Assembly: GCA_021811385.1 (NCBI GenBank)
Contig: JAJZPC010000003.1
Location: 3,263-67,262, forward strand
From: Deltaproteobacteria bacterium
GTDB lineage: Bacteria > Desulfobacterota > Desulfobulbia > Desulfobulbales > Desulfurivibrionaceae
Length of the DNA stretch: 64,000 nucleotides
Direction of reading: 5' to 3'
Position 1 is the first letter of the stretch. The number at the start of each line of letters is the position of its first letter. Below are positions 10,265 to 19,391 of the stretch, piece by piece. Below the pieces are notes generated by a model. The model saw only the letters and a program-made list of their open reading frames with translations. It made no database searches and had not been told where the DNA came from. The position numbers and the translations under genes are program-made.

Positions 10265-11344
10265 TTATGCGCCGTTCTGGCGCGCCTCTTCAATCATTGC
10301 GTCGATTTCGGCCAGGAAAACGGCCAGGAGTTTGTCCTCTGCCACCTTCTTATACAGTTGGCCTTTCTTAAAAATAATGCCGACCCCGTGGCCGCCGGCC
10401 ACCCCGATATCAGCCTCCTTGGCCTCGCCCGGTCCGTTGACCACGCAGCCCATGACCGCGATCTTCAGGGGGGTGTCGATGTTCTGGATATGGCGTTCCA
10501 CCTGTTCAGCCAGACCGAAGAGGTTCACCTGGCAGCGTCCGCAGGTGGGGCAGGAGATCAGCTCCGGCCCCCGCTCACGGATGTGCAGGCTGCGGAGCAG
10601 CTCAAAGCCGACCCGTATCTCCTCCACCGGATCGCGGGTAAGCGAGATGCGGAAGGTGTCGCCGATGCCTTCGTAAAGCAGGATGCCCAGGGCCACGCTG
10701 GATTTAACCGTGCCGGCAATGAGCCCCCCCGCTTCGGTGACCCCGAGATGCAGGGGGTAATCGCACTGGCTGGCGAGGCGGCAGTAGGATTCCACCGTGG
10801 TCATGGCGTCGGAGGACTTGAGGGAGATTTTTATCTGGTCAAAATCAAGGGCCTCCAGCAGACGCACATTGCGCAGGGCGCTCTCCACCAAGGCGTCCGG
10901 GGTGGGGTGCCCATGTTTTTGCAGGATATCCTTCTCCACCGAGCCGGAGTTGACCCCCACCCGGATGGACACCCGGTGCTGCTTTGCCGCGGCAACAACA
11001 CGGGCCAGCTTGTCAGGTCCGCCCAGATTGCCGGGATTGATGCGGATACCCTGGGCGCCGTGCTCCATGCTGGCCACTGCCAGCCGCGCGTCAAAATGGA
11101 TGTCGGCGATGAGCGGGATGGATATTTGCTCCCGAATCCGGGTGATGGCTGCCGCCGCCTCCAGGTCCAGCACCGCCACCCGGATGATCTCGCAGCCCGC
11201 CTCGGTGAGCCGTCCGATCTGGGCCACGGTGCCGTCCACATCCCGAGTGTCGGTGTTTGTCATGGACTGCACGGCAATGGGGGCGTCGCCGCCCACCGCT
11301 ACGTTGCCCACCTTGATTTGGCGTGTTTTTCTACGGGTTATCAT
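10265..11344 (-). CDS. ispG: (E)-4-hydroxy-3-methylbut-2-enyl-diphosphate synthase
   Basis: QSMTNTDT, ADIHFD, RINPGN, CPTCGR, MGCVVNGPGEA; start MITRRKT at 11344. Confidence 0.97.
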   Translation of the reverse strand: MITRRKTRQIKVGNVAVGGDAPIAVQSMTNTDTRDVDGTVAQIGRLTEAGCEIIRVAVLDLEAAAAITRIREQISIPLIADIHFDARLAVASMEHGAQGIRINPGNLGGPDKLARVVAAAKQHRVSIRVGVNSGSVEKDILQKHGHPTPDALVESALRNVRLLEALDFDQIKISLKSSDAMTTVESYCRLASQCDYPLHLGVTEAGGLIAGTVKSSVALGILLYEGIGDTFRISLTRDPVEEIRVGFELLRSLHIRERGPELISCPTCGRCQVNLFGLAEQVERHIQNIDTPLKIAVMGCVVNGPGEAKEADIGVAGGHGVGIIFKKGQLYKKVAEDKLLAVFLAEIDAMIEEARQNGA

Positions 11345-11484
11345 GGTGCGAGAGTATACACTTTTGCTTTTTTTCCTGCATCCATCTTTTGCCGGAGTTT
11401 TTGCCGGCGTAGCAAGGAGTGGCCCTGGCTGGGTTACGCTGCTGTGTCGCGCCGTAAAAAAATGCCTTTCGTATTCTTTCAGTA

Positions 11485-11512
11485 TTGACATTTTGTGCGG
11501 GGGGGGTAGGGT
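11485..11512 (+). promoter_or_regulatory. putative sigma70 promoter reading into the accessory island
   Basis: TTGACA-16 bp-TAGGGT upstream of the first island genes. Confidence 0.35.
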
Positions 11513-11636
11513 TTTAAGAATTTTTTCCTGTTTTTCCGCATGTTGCGGAGGCATCCATCCATAGTAACAGACGGTTAACTTGCCGACGTGGTTGAGGGAC
11601 CGGTGGTCAGGCAAATTCATCAAAAGGAGATGGCAT

Positions 11637-11858
11637 ATGGGATTCTTTCGAGATTTTCGTAATCACAACGCGATTGGGACCATCAGGAATAACGGTCTAT
11701 CCGAAGGTTCGGGTGGCGATGTTTGCGAGTATTGCCAAAACCGGATGGTCGATCCGCGTACGAGTTATTTAGCTTGCGCGGTGCATAAAATGCACGTTGG
11801 CGCGGGCCAAGTATGCGGAAGTTTTTCGCGGGGCAACCCGCTTTATGAATTGAAATAG
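11637..11858 (+). CDS. small Cys-rich hypothetical protein (73 aa)
   Basis: AAGGAG RBS; CEYC...C...C pattern. Confidence 0.6.
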   Translation: MGFFRDFRNHNAIGTIRNNGLSEGSGGDVCEYCQNRMVDPRTSYLACAVHKMHVGAGQVCGSFSRGNPLYELK

Positions 11859-11887
11859 AGCAAATAAAATAGAGAGAGGAGGCGCGC

Positions 11888-12243
11888 ATGGCTTATCAAC
11901 CGGAATCCGGCGAGGTGTTTTACTGCGGCAATTGCGACAGGACACAAGAACCTTTGCAAGGGGAAAAGTGTGTCAAGTGCGGGGGGAGAACTGTGAGCTT
12001 TAGAGCTTGTCCGTAAATAAGCTTTTCAGGGATCGCGCTGGATTTTGAGACGGATTTGGCCGGGACGATTGAGCAAAACCACAGGCGTAGCAGCGCTACG
12101 GCGAGGATTTTGCGATTGAGGAGCGGTCAAAGATGGCCAAAAGCCGGATGCGAGCACCAAAGATTATTTACGGACAAGCTCTTAATCAGGACCGGGAAAA
12201 GTTTGAAGATGCTCGCCGTAGGTGGAAGCAGGCGTGGGGCTGA
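11888..12243 (+). pseudogene. small zinc-ribbon gene (57 aa when repaired) interrupted by a MITE
   Basis: GAGGAGG RBS; CGNC...CVKC; removing 12003-12184 restores an open frame to TGA at 12241-12243. Confidence 0.75.
12003..12181. mobile_element. 179-bp non-autonomous MITE with 18-bp perfect terminal inverted repeats and TTA target duplication
   Basis: GAGCTTGTCCGTAAATAA ... TTATTTACGGACAAGCTC, flanked by TTA (12000-12002 and 12182-12184). Confidence 0.88.
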
Positions 12244-12256
12244 AAGGAGATACGAC

Positions 12257-12499
12257 ATGACATTCGGAGACTTCGCCAGGAATTATTTGAATCCGCTCTA
12301 CGTCGTATTCCGGCTGGGGTGGCTGGGGCTGGCGCTTGGCGCGGTCCTTGCCTGGGTCGGATCATCCTCAATCTGGTATCTGATTGCCGGTTTGGTGTTG
12401 GCGTGGAATGGCTTGCGTCCGTGGGGCAAAGGGGTGTCGATTCATGAAATGAACCGGGCTGTGAACGACTTGAAGAATGACCTGGAAAACCGCCGATAA
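12257..12499 (+). CDS. small hypothetical membrane protein (2 TM)
   Basis: AAGGAGA RBS, ATG 12257, two hydrophobic segments. Confidence 0.6.
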   Translation: MTFGDFARNYLNPLYVVFRLGWLGLALGAVLAWVGSSSIWYLIAGLVLAWNGLRPWGKGVSIHEMNRAVNDLKNDLENRR

Positions 12500-12634
12500 C
12501 CTGGCCATTGAAGGAGCCGGGAGACCGATTGCCTCGCAAAACGCGCCCTGGCAATGCCTGAGGCTGCGGCGCGTAGTTCGTGTGGCCGTAATCAGAGGTC
12601 ACGTTTTTTTACCATCACCACGTAAGGAGTTCTT

Positions 12635-12868
12635 ATGGCTAAAGCGATAAAGGTGTACGTAGTAGACAGCGAGGGGAATACGCTATCCGGCCAAAGAGTA
12701 AAAGAATATGGCGGGAGCGAACAAAGAACTGATGCCAATGGCTGCGTTACTCTTTTTCTAGAGGGCACAAACACCACAATTTATGTGAATGGGTTTGAGG
12801 CCTATGGTGGTTCTGTTTCAAGGCTTGATTCTAAAGAGGTGTTCACAAAGTTAGGGGGCCGATTCTAA
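12635..12868 (+). CDS. small beta-sandwich protein (carboxypeptidase-regulatory/Cna-B-like fold suspected)
   Basis: TAAGGAG RBS; V-V-DSEG-x2-L-G-x2-V...TDANG pattern. Confidence 0.6.
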   Translation: MAKAIKVYVVDSEGNTLSGQRVKEYGGSEQRTDANGCVTLFLEGTNTTIYVNGFEAYGGSVSRLDSKEVFTKLGGRF

Positions 12869-12959
12869 CCTCTCTTCTCCCGGCTCCGGGCTCCTCGACT
12901 CCAACGATGGCTGGCGGGGCGGAGTGCTGATGAAATATTGAAGTAATGGTTGTCTATTC

Positions 12960-14708
12960 ATGAAATTTTCTTTTCGAACATTCCTGTTGATGCGGGGTGC
13001 CGTCGCCAATGTTGGCTTGGTGGTGCATCGTTTGTTGAGTAAGATTTTTCCCACTCCATTGCCGTGGATCATCCCTGGTTTTTCGGGTTGGCCGCCTTTC
13101 CGGCGGCATTTTGTGCAGAATCTGTTTATCGGTGTTTGCATCGAATTGGTGATTATTTCCCTCTCGCACTTTGGCGTTCCTTGGGTGGTTAACAATCAAG
13201 ACGCCGCGCTTGATTTCATGATGCGTCTTTCAACCAACTTGCCTGCCGAGGGGAAAAAACACCCTAATCAGGTCTGGATTGATGTGAACGAGCGGACCTA
13301 TCGAAGCAGCCAATGGGGTGGTGGTGAACCTTCCGCTCTCCCGCTTGTACCGCTGGCCAAACTTATCGAATTTGCCGTGGAATATGAAGGGGCAAGGTAT
13401 GTGGTGGTCGATTTCACTATTGATGGCCCCGAGAACCCGCCACAGTCCGAGAACGCCTTACAGAAAGAGTTTGACACGCAGCAGCAGAAATTTGCGGCAG
13501 ATATGCGTGTCCTGCTTGAAAAGCATAAGGATGAGCATGATGGAAATGGAATACATCTACTGTTCATGTGGGCGGTCCGAGAGCCCCATCTCCAAGAGTG
13601 GAGAGTATCCCGGAGTGTCCGGCCCTCCGTGTTGGATGCGTTGATTGCTGGTTATCCCAATAATGTGCATGCCGTAGCGCCTAATTTTGTGGTTTCCGAT
13701 GATCACGTGTTGCGACACTGGAAGCTGTGGGAAAGCGCCTGCCGACACGGAGAAGGTGAAAAGAGTGGCGAAGGCCACTGGGTTGTCCTGCCTTCCCCCC
13801 AACTTGTCCTGGCGGCGTTGTTGGGGCAGCACGAGCCGCCCCCTTGGTCACTTGGCGTTGACACGAAATCAAAGGGGGAGGTGTCGCCTGTTTGCGCCAT
13901 GAATGATGGGTATGATGCAGAACCGAAAGAGATTCTGCGTGATGCCACGGACTCGCAACTGGCAGACTTTAGGGCTGGACGTTGGGTGAAAGACAATTTT
14001 GGCGACTGTTATCAGCAGGACCAGTTTACCCATGCCGACTGCACAGGTGCTTTTTCCCAGAGAGCAGCGGAAACGGAAGCAGAGCCCGCGACAGCTTTGA
14101 GTAATCGTGTTTATTTCAGGATTTATGATTCCGATTCTTTGCCTCCCAGTTTTCATCGGAAACCGAAACCGTCGTGGTTGTCGCGGTGGATTGGTCAGCG
14201 TCCTCTCGAACTCAGCGGTGTTCCGAAGCGGTCAGCGGATAAGATTCTTAAGCTATCGCCGGGAGAGAAAGTCCGTTGGGACGCCTCCGAAAAAGAAAAT
14301 TTGATTGCGGTCATCGGCGCCAGCTACACAGACTCACGCGATTTCTATTTAACGCCTCTTGGAGAAATGCCCGGTGCGCTGGTTCTGATCAATGCCATCG
14401 ATTCCCTTTGCACTGTAGGAGTTCTACAGCCTCCCAAGCTTTGGCAAAAGTTGCTGATTATTGTTGTGATTCTTGTCGCCGTGAGCGCAGCCTTTGCCCG
14501 GTTGCCAACTTTCTGGGCCGCAACCGCGATGATGGCGGCCATCGTTTGTCTCTTGGGTCCCATCAGCTTTTGGCTGATTAAGGGGCATGGCGTCTGGGTT
14601 GATTTCACCGTCCCCATCATTGGTATTTATTTCCACCGGGAATGGGAAGAATTGCATGAGCGGTTAAGCCGCTGTTTGCCGAACACCACTACAGGGGAGT
14701 CGTTATGA
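12960..14708 (+). CDS. CHASE2-domain membrane sensor lacking a cytoplasmic output domain
   Basis: N-terminal TM; VWIDVNE, GARYVVVDF, D-D-VLR, VIGASY-x4-DFYLTPLGEMPG-x4-NAI CHASE2 motifs; three C-terminal TMs then only about 24 aa. Confidence 0.85.
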   Translation: MKFSFRTFLLMRGAVANVGLVVHRLLSKIFPTPLPWIIPGFSGWPPFRRHFVQNLFIGVCIELVIISLSHFGVPWVVNNQDAALDFMMRLSTNLPAEGKKHPNQVWIDVNERTYRSSQWGGGEPSALPLVPLAKLIEFAVEYEGARYVVVDFTIDGPENPPQSENALQKEFDTQQQKFAADMRVLLEKHKDEHDGNGIHLLFMWAVREPHLQEWRVSRSVRPSVLDALIAGYPNNVHAVAPNFVVSDDHVLRHWKLWESACRHGEGEKSGEGHWVVLPSPQLVLAALLGQHEPPPWSLGVDTKSKGEVSPVCAMNDGYDAEPKEILRDATDSQLADFRAGRWVKDNFGDCYQQDQFTHADCTGAFSQRAAETEAEPATALSNRVYFRIYDSDSLPPSFHRKPKPSWLSRWIGQRPLELSGVPKRSADKILKLSPGEKVRWDASEKENLIAVIGASYTDSRDFYLTPLGEMPGALVLINAIDSLCTVGVLQPPKLWQKLLIIVVILVAVSAAFARLPTFWAATAMMAAIVCLLGPISFWLIKGHGVWVDFTVPIIGIYFHREWEELHERLSRCLPNTTTGESL

Positions 14709-15613
14709 ATTATCTCGCCGCGCTGTCTGCTTTTCGCTTGCTTGTTGTCGCCATGGCATTGATTGGGTTTGGGCCTTCGATGGTTTGCGCCGCCGATGAA
14801 AAGCTGATCCCTATTGTCATTCTCGAAGTTTCCCCGAAAAATGCCTTGGAGAAAAAGCTTATTGTCGTGAAACGGCAAGAGCATGATGTCGATTTTGCAA
14901 AGGGCTCGAGTCCATGGACACTCTCTCCCGGTGATCGGATTTTTATTTTTCACGAACAGGCATCCCTGACCCTTTATGTCGGCAACCGGAACGAGCAGCT
15001 CATTACTGCCCAAGATGCGGGCAAGGATGGGTATGTGCTCCAGGTAAAGCCCAACACAGTGTGGGGAAACCTTTGGGCCGCTTTCCGGAGCCCTAATATC
15101 CACGTCAGTACTGCCTCAGCCTCCGCCAAAGGGATCGATGAGTTCAAGATGCCTGCGGACGCGAGTAATTTGCCGCCACCTAGAATGGCTGCCGGCGAGC
15201 GAGCCCTGCATTTCAGGTGGGTTGGAGGAAAACCACCGTATAGCCTGACCATTGAGCATGACGGGGTGAAGGTGAGTAAGGTTGAGAATGTCGGCACCGG
15301 CTCCGTTTCCCTGCCGAGGCGGAACTGGCAGCCAGGAAAATATCAGTTGAGTTTGGAAGACGCTGGCACTCCGCCAACAGTCTTGGAGGAATCCGAACTC
15401 ACCTTTGTGGAGCCTGCCGATATCCCCCCCATGCCCAAGGACATTGTCGAAGGCGAGTCACGGGAAGATATGCGGCAGTTGCTCTATGCCGATTGGCTTT
15501 CAAAGCAAGGAAAAGGAGAGTGGATCATGGAGGCCATTCAGCGGATGGTCCCTCTTGCGATGGAGGGGAACCTCGCCGCTGCCAACTGGTTGCGGCAGTG
15601 GGGAGGAGAGTGA
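14705..15613 (+). CDS. exported hypothetical protein (FecR-like N-terminus, DUF928-like C-terminus suspected)
   Basis: Signal peptide; LSPGDRI...ASLTL; F-RW-GG..PY-L; YADWL..W-MEA tail; overlaps the CHASE2 stop. Confidence 0.55.
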   Translation: MNYLAALSAFRLLVVAMALIGFGPSMVCAADEKLIPIVILEVSPKNALEKKLIVVKRQEHDVDFAKGSSPWTLSPGDRIFIFHEQASLTLYVGNRNEQLITAQDAGKDGYVLQVKPNTVWGNLWAAFRSPNIHVSTASASAKGIDEFKMPADASNLPPPRMAAGERALHFRWVGGKPPYSLTIEHDGVKVSKVENVGTGSVSLPRRNWQPGKYQLSLEDAGTPPTVLEESELTFVEPADIPPMPKDIVEGESREDMRQLLYADWLSKQGKGEWIMEAIQRMVPLAMEGNLAAANWLRQWGGE

Positions 15614-15714
15614 AGGCATCTTTGATGCTTTCTCGGAGTTGGGTGTGTAATTGTTTTAAACAAACACCATGTCTTTGTGAATATGCAGCGCGTTAACGGG
15701 GAGAGAGGCAAGCA

Positions 15715-18700
15715 GTGAACAGGTTGTGGATTGCGATATGCTGGATGCTGGGAGTGGGGCTGTTGGGGGGCGGGTCAGCGCAGGCGTGGGGGCGTGTTGA
15801 AGCTGTTGACCAGAATGACGATCAGCCGCGACTGGTGGTGCAGGGAGGTCATGTGGGTTACGTGCATAGTATTGCCTTTTCGCCGGATGGCAAGACTGTG
15901 GCGTCTACAGATAACGTGAATAAGATTGTTAGGCTCTGGAGCGTGGTCACCGGCCTGGAATTTCGCACCATCACCGAGACCACTGTTCCTGATATAGTCT
16001 CTTTTCAGGACGACAATACCTTGGTGGTGAAGGGGCAAAATCAAACAGCCATCAAGCTGTGGAACGTGGCTACCGGCCAGAAACTGCCTTCACCCTGCAA
16101 AGAGAATGCTGATGGCGAAGTGTGTGTCGCAATGTCCCTCGATGGCAAGACGGCGGCATCGTCGCTGAATGGGGGGCGCACCATCAAGCTGTGGGACGTG
16201 GCCAGCGGCAGGGAACTGCGTCCTCTTCTTCCCCTTAAGGATGATGACGGGATGTCGCGCGTTACTTTTTCTCCGGACGGCAAGACGGTGGCATCAGTGA
16301 GCGGGTACCGCACCATCAAGTTGTTGAACGTGGCCAGCGGGAAAGAGCTTACGCTCGGTACGCATTCAAGTAGTGTGTCTAAGATCGTCTTTTCCCCCAA
16401 CAGCAAGAGGATGGCATCGCTGAGCAGTGGGGGTGGGGATACGACCAATAACCTCAAACTGTGGAATGTAGCCACCGGGCAGGAATTGCGCATCCCCGGT
16501 GAGCATTCGAGTCATGTGGGTTCGGTCGCCTTTTCCCCCGACGGCGGAAAAGTGGTGTCGGCGGAAGATGAGTGCACTGTCACGCCTTCCCCTGACGGTC
16601 AGAACGTCGCGCGATCACGGCACACCCTCAAGCTGTGGGAGGTGGCCACCGGGCGGGTCCTGCGCACCTTCGGCGGATGTTCGTCGCTGGTATCCTCAGT
16701 CGCCTTTTCACCCCATGGCGATACGGTGGTGACAGGGACTTGGGGCAGAGAGACCCTCGAAACCCCCGACGGCAAGAAAGTAGTGAGGGAGAGATACTAC
16801 CTCAAGCTGTGGGACGCAGACAAGGGCGAGGAACTGCGTAATTTTCATGGGTTTGCAAGCACGCCGTTCTCGGTCGCCTTCTCCCCCGACGGCATGCTTG
16901 TGGCATCGGGGGGGTCGGACAAGACCATCCGGCTGTGGGAGATGGCCAGTGGCAAACCGCGCACGCTCTCTGGGCATCAGCATAAAGTATCTTCAGTCGC
17001 CTTTTCCCCCACAGACGGCAAGATATTGGCCTCAGGAAGTTGGGACCATCAACTCAAGCTGTGGAACGTGGACAGCGGGGAATCGAGCACGCTCGGCGGG
17101 GTTTCTACGCAGGTTGCCTTTTCTCCCAACGGTAAGACGGTGGTGTCAGGGAATGGTCAAACTTCCGATAGTAACCTCAGATTATGGGACGTAGCCAGCG
17201 GGGAACAACGCGTGCTCGGCCATCATTTAGGAACCAGTTCGGTTGCTTTTTCGCATGACGGTAACACGGTACAATCGGTTGGAGGGAACATCAGGCTGTG
17301 GGATGTAGCCAAGAGTCAGGAGTTGCCCACAACACCCGGCAAGTGTAGTGTCTGTGATCAGATCGCCTTTGCCCTATACGGCAAGACGCTGGCATCGGTG
17401 CCATTGGAGAAATCGGCCACCATTCTTAAGATGTGCCCGGGCAGTATGCATGAATCGTCCACGCGCGATAGGCAGGGGATACCACTGTTTGCCTTCTTAT
17501 TCTTGGATGGCAAGGCGCTGCTGGCAACGAGTGGTCAAGATGGCAACACCATCAAGTTGTGGCGGGTTTCCGATGGGGTACTGCTCACCACCCTCGCCGG
17601 GCATTTGGGTGAGGTAACATCGCTCGCCTTTTCCCCCGACGGCAAGACTGTGGTGTCAGGGAGTCTGGATAATACTCTAAAACTCTGGGATGTGACATCG
17701 GGCAGCCTCCTCGCCTCCCTCATTTCATTTGCCGATGGCCGCTGGGGCGTCGTCGATCCAGAAGGCCGTTTTGATGTCGCCGTCGCCGACCTTGTTGATG
17801 GTACGTCCCATCTATCCTGGGTGATGCCGGATGTCCCGATGACACCGTTGCCGCTGGAAATTTTCATGCGCGACTACTACGAGCCGCGCCTGCTGCCGCG
17901 GATTTTGAATGGCGAGAAATTCAAACCAGTTCGGGCGCTGAGCGAACTGAACCGAGTCCAGCCGGAGGTACGAATTACGGGGATTGAGCCTGATCCGGAA
18001 CAGACGGGCTTCGTCAAGGTGACCGTTGAGGCGGCAGGAGCCAGTCGCTCCTACATGCCGGAAGGGAAACCCATAGCCACCGATGTCCACGATCTGCGCC
18101 TGTTCCGCAACGGACAACTGGTGGGGTGTGCTGGAGACAAAGACGAGGATAAGCCGCTGGCCAAAGTAGGCGGAAAACCATTTCAGCGCAGCTTCCGAGT
18201 ACGTTTGCCTACCGGGCAGGAGCCGTTGCAGTTCACGGCCTATGCTTTCAATGACGACCGGGTAAAAAGCGCGACCGCTCATCGGGCCTATACGCCTCCG
18301 GGCGTCATCGTTGGCAGCAAACCACGGGCCTACCTCATCACCATCGGTGTCAATAGTTACGACGATCCGGCCTGGAAGGATTTGCACTACGCCGCCAACG
18401 ATGCCCGTCAAATCGGGAAGAGTCTCGAGGCAGGGCTGGCTGGACAAAATAAATACGAGGCCGAAGACATTGTCACCATCCCGCTCATCTCGGATACCGC
18501 GGGTCCGAGGTTGGCCACCAAGGCCAACCTCAAGGCCGTGCTCGATGTTCTGGCCGGACGTGAGGCGGAGGTCCGGGCCATCCCCGGTGGCGAGAAACTG
18601 CGCCAAGCCACTCCCGACGATTTCGTGCTGATCAGCTTCTCCGGCCACGGTTATGGCGAAGGTGGGATGTTTTACTTGGTCTCCAGCGACACAGGAGAAA

Positions 18701-19251
18701 GGAATGGCAAGAGCAAGGCGATTACATCCGAGCTTATCGCCAAATCCATCTCCAGTGATGAGCTGAGCGCTTGGCTCAGGGATGTTGACGCCGGAAATAT
18801 GGTCATGATCGTTGATGCCTGCCATTCGGCCGCGAGCGTCGGCGAGAAGTTCAAGCCCGGCCCCATGGGCAGCCGTGGCCTAGGGCAGCTTGCCTTCGAT
18901 AAGGGTATGCGTATTCTGGCGGCAAGCCAGGCCGACGACGTGGCGCTGGAAATCGACGACCTCAAGCATGGCCTGCTCTCCTCTGCGCTGATTGTGGACG
19001 GCATGAAGAGGTTCAGCGCCGACCGGGCGCCGAAAGATGGGAAAATTACACTTGATGAATGGTTGCGTTATGGAGTGGATCAGGTGCCCATACTGGCGAA
19101 AAAGGTTAAAGCAGACGAAATGCAAGTGGCCGGGCGTGGCATGAAAGAGAAGATTAAGGTGGATGGAAAGCTTATTGATAAGCCCGATCAGCAACCGGCC
19201 TTGTTCGACTTTTCCGAAAACCGGCGGGATGTGGTGGTGGCGGTGGAGTAG
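15715..19251 (+). CDS. exported WD40-repeat caspase-family (peptidase C14) protein
   Basis: Signal peptide; more than ten SVAFSPDG...KLWD repeats; catalytic dyad FSGHG and VDACHS. Confidence 0.9.
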   Translation: MNRLWIAICWMLGVGLLGGGSAQAWGRVEAVDQNDDQPRLVVQGGHVGYVHSIAFSPDGKTVASTDNVNKIVRLWSVVTGLEFRTITETTVPDIVSFQDDNTLVVKGQNQTAIKLWNVATGQKLPSPCKENADGEVCVAMSLDGKTAASSLNGGRTIKLWDVASGRELRPLLPLKDDDGMSRVTFSPDGKTVASVSGYRTIKLLNVASGKELTLGTHSSSVSKIVFSPNSKRMASLSSGGGDTTNNLKLWNVATGQELRIPGEHSSHVGSVAFSPDGGKVVSAEDECTVTPSPDGQNVARSRHTLKLWEVATGRVLRTFGGCSSLVSSVAFSPHGDTVVTGTWGRETLETPDGKKVVRERYYLKLWDADKGEELRNFHGFASTPFSVAFSPDGMLVASGGSDKTIRLWEMASGKPRTLSGHQHKVSSVAFSPTDGKILASGSWDHQLKLWNVDSGESSTLGGVSTQVAFSPNGKTVVSGNGQTSDSNLRLWDVASGEQRVLGHHLGTSSVAFSHDGNTVQSVGGNIRLWDVAKSQELPTTPGKCSVCDQIAFALYGKTLASVPLEKSATILKMCPGSMHESSTRDRQGIPLFAFLFLDGKALLATSGQDGNTIKLWRVSDGVLLTTLAGHLGEVTSLAFSPDGKTVVSGSLDNTLKLWDVTSGSLLASLISFADGRWGVVDPEGRFDVAVADLVDGTSHLSWVMPDVPMTPLPLEIFMRDYYEPRLLPRILNGEKFKPVRALSELNRVQPEVRITGIEPDPEQTGFVKVTVEAAGASRSYMPEGKPIATDVHDLRLFRNGQLVGCAGDKDEDKPLAKVGGKPFQRSFRVRLPTGQEPLQFTAYAFNDDRVKSATAHRAYTPPGVIVGSKPRAYLITIGVNSYDDPAWKDLHYAANDARQIGKSLEAGLAGQNKYEAEDIVTIPLISDTAGPRLATKANLKAVLDVLAGREAEVRAIPGGEKLRQATPDDFVLISFSGHGYGEGGMFYLVSSDTGERNGKSKAITSELIAKSISSDELSAWLRDVDAGNMVMIVDACHSAASVGEKFKPGPMGSRGLGQLAFDKGMRILAASQADDVALEIDDLKHGLLSSALIVDGMKRFSADRAPKDGKITLDEWLRYGVDQVPILAKKVKADEMQVAGRGMKEKIKVDGKLIDKPDQQPALFDFSENRRDVVVAVE

Positions 19252-19391
19252 TTTTTTCCAAAAGCCGTCGGAATGGGTTGGCTCTCTCCTTGTTGCCTTG
19301 TGTAACGAAGTGAAAGCCGCGTAATATGCGATGCTCAAAATAACAAGTTGTTCCAGGTGGGAAACTAAAACCTTTTCTTGAGAGGCCCAGA

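Noticed and set aside
12056-12256. N-terminal extension of the 147-aa ORF 12056-12499
   Set aside because: It starts inside the MITE; the RBS supports ATG 12257
15850-17700. Tandem DNA repeats or DGR target
   Set aside because: Explained by WD40 coding repeats; no adenine-specific TR/VR pair or reverse transcriptase in the window
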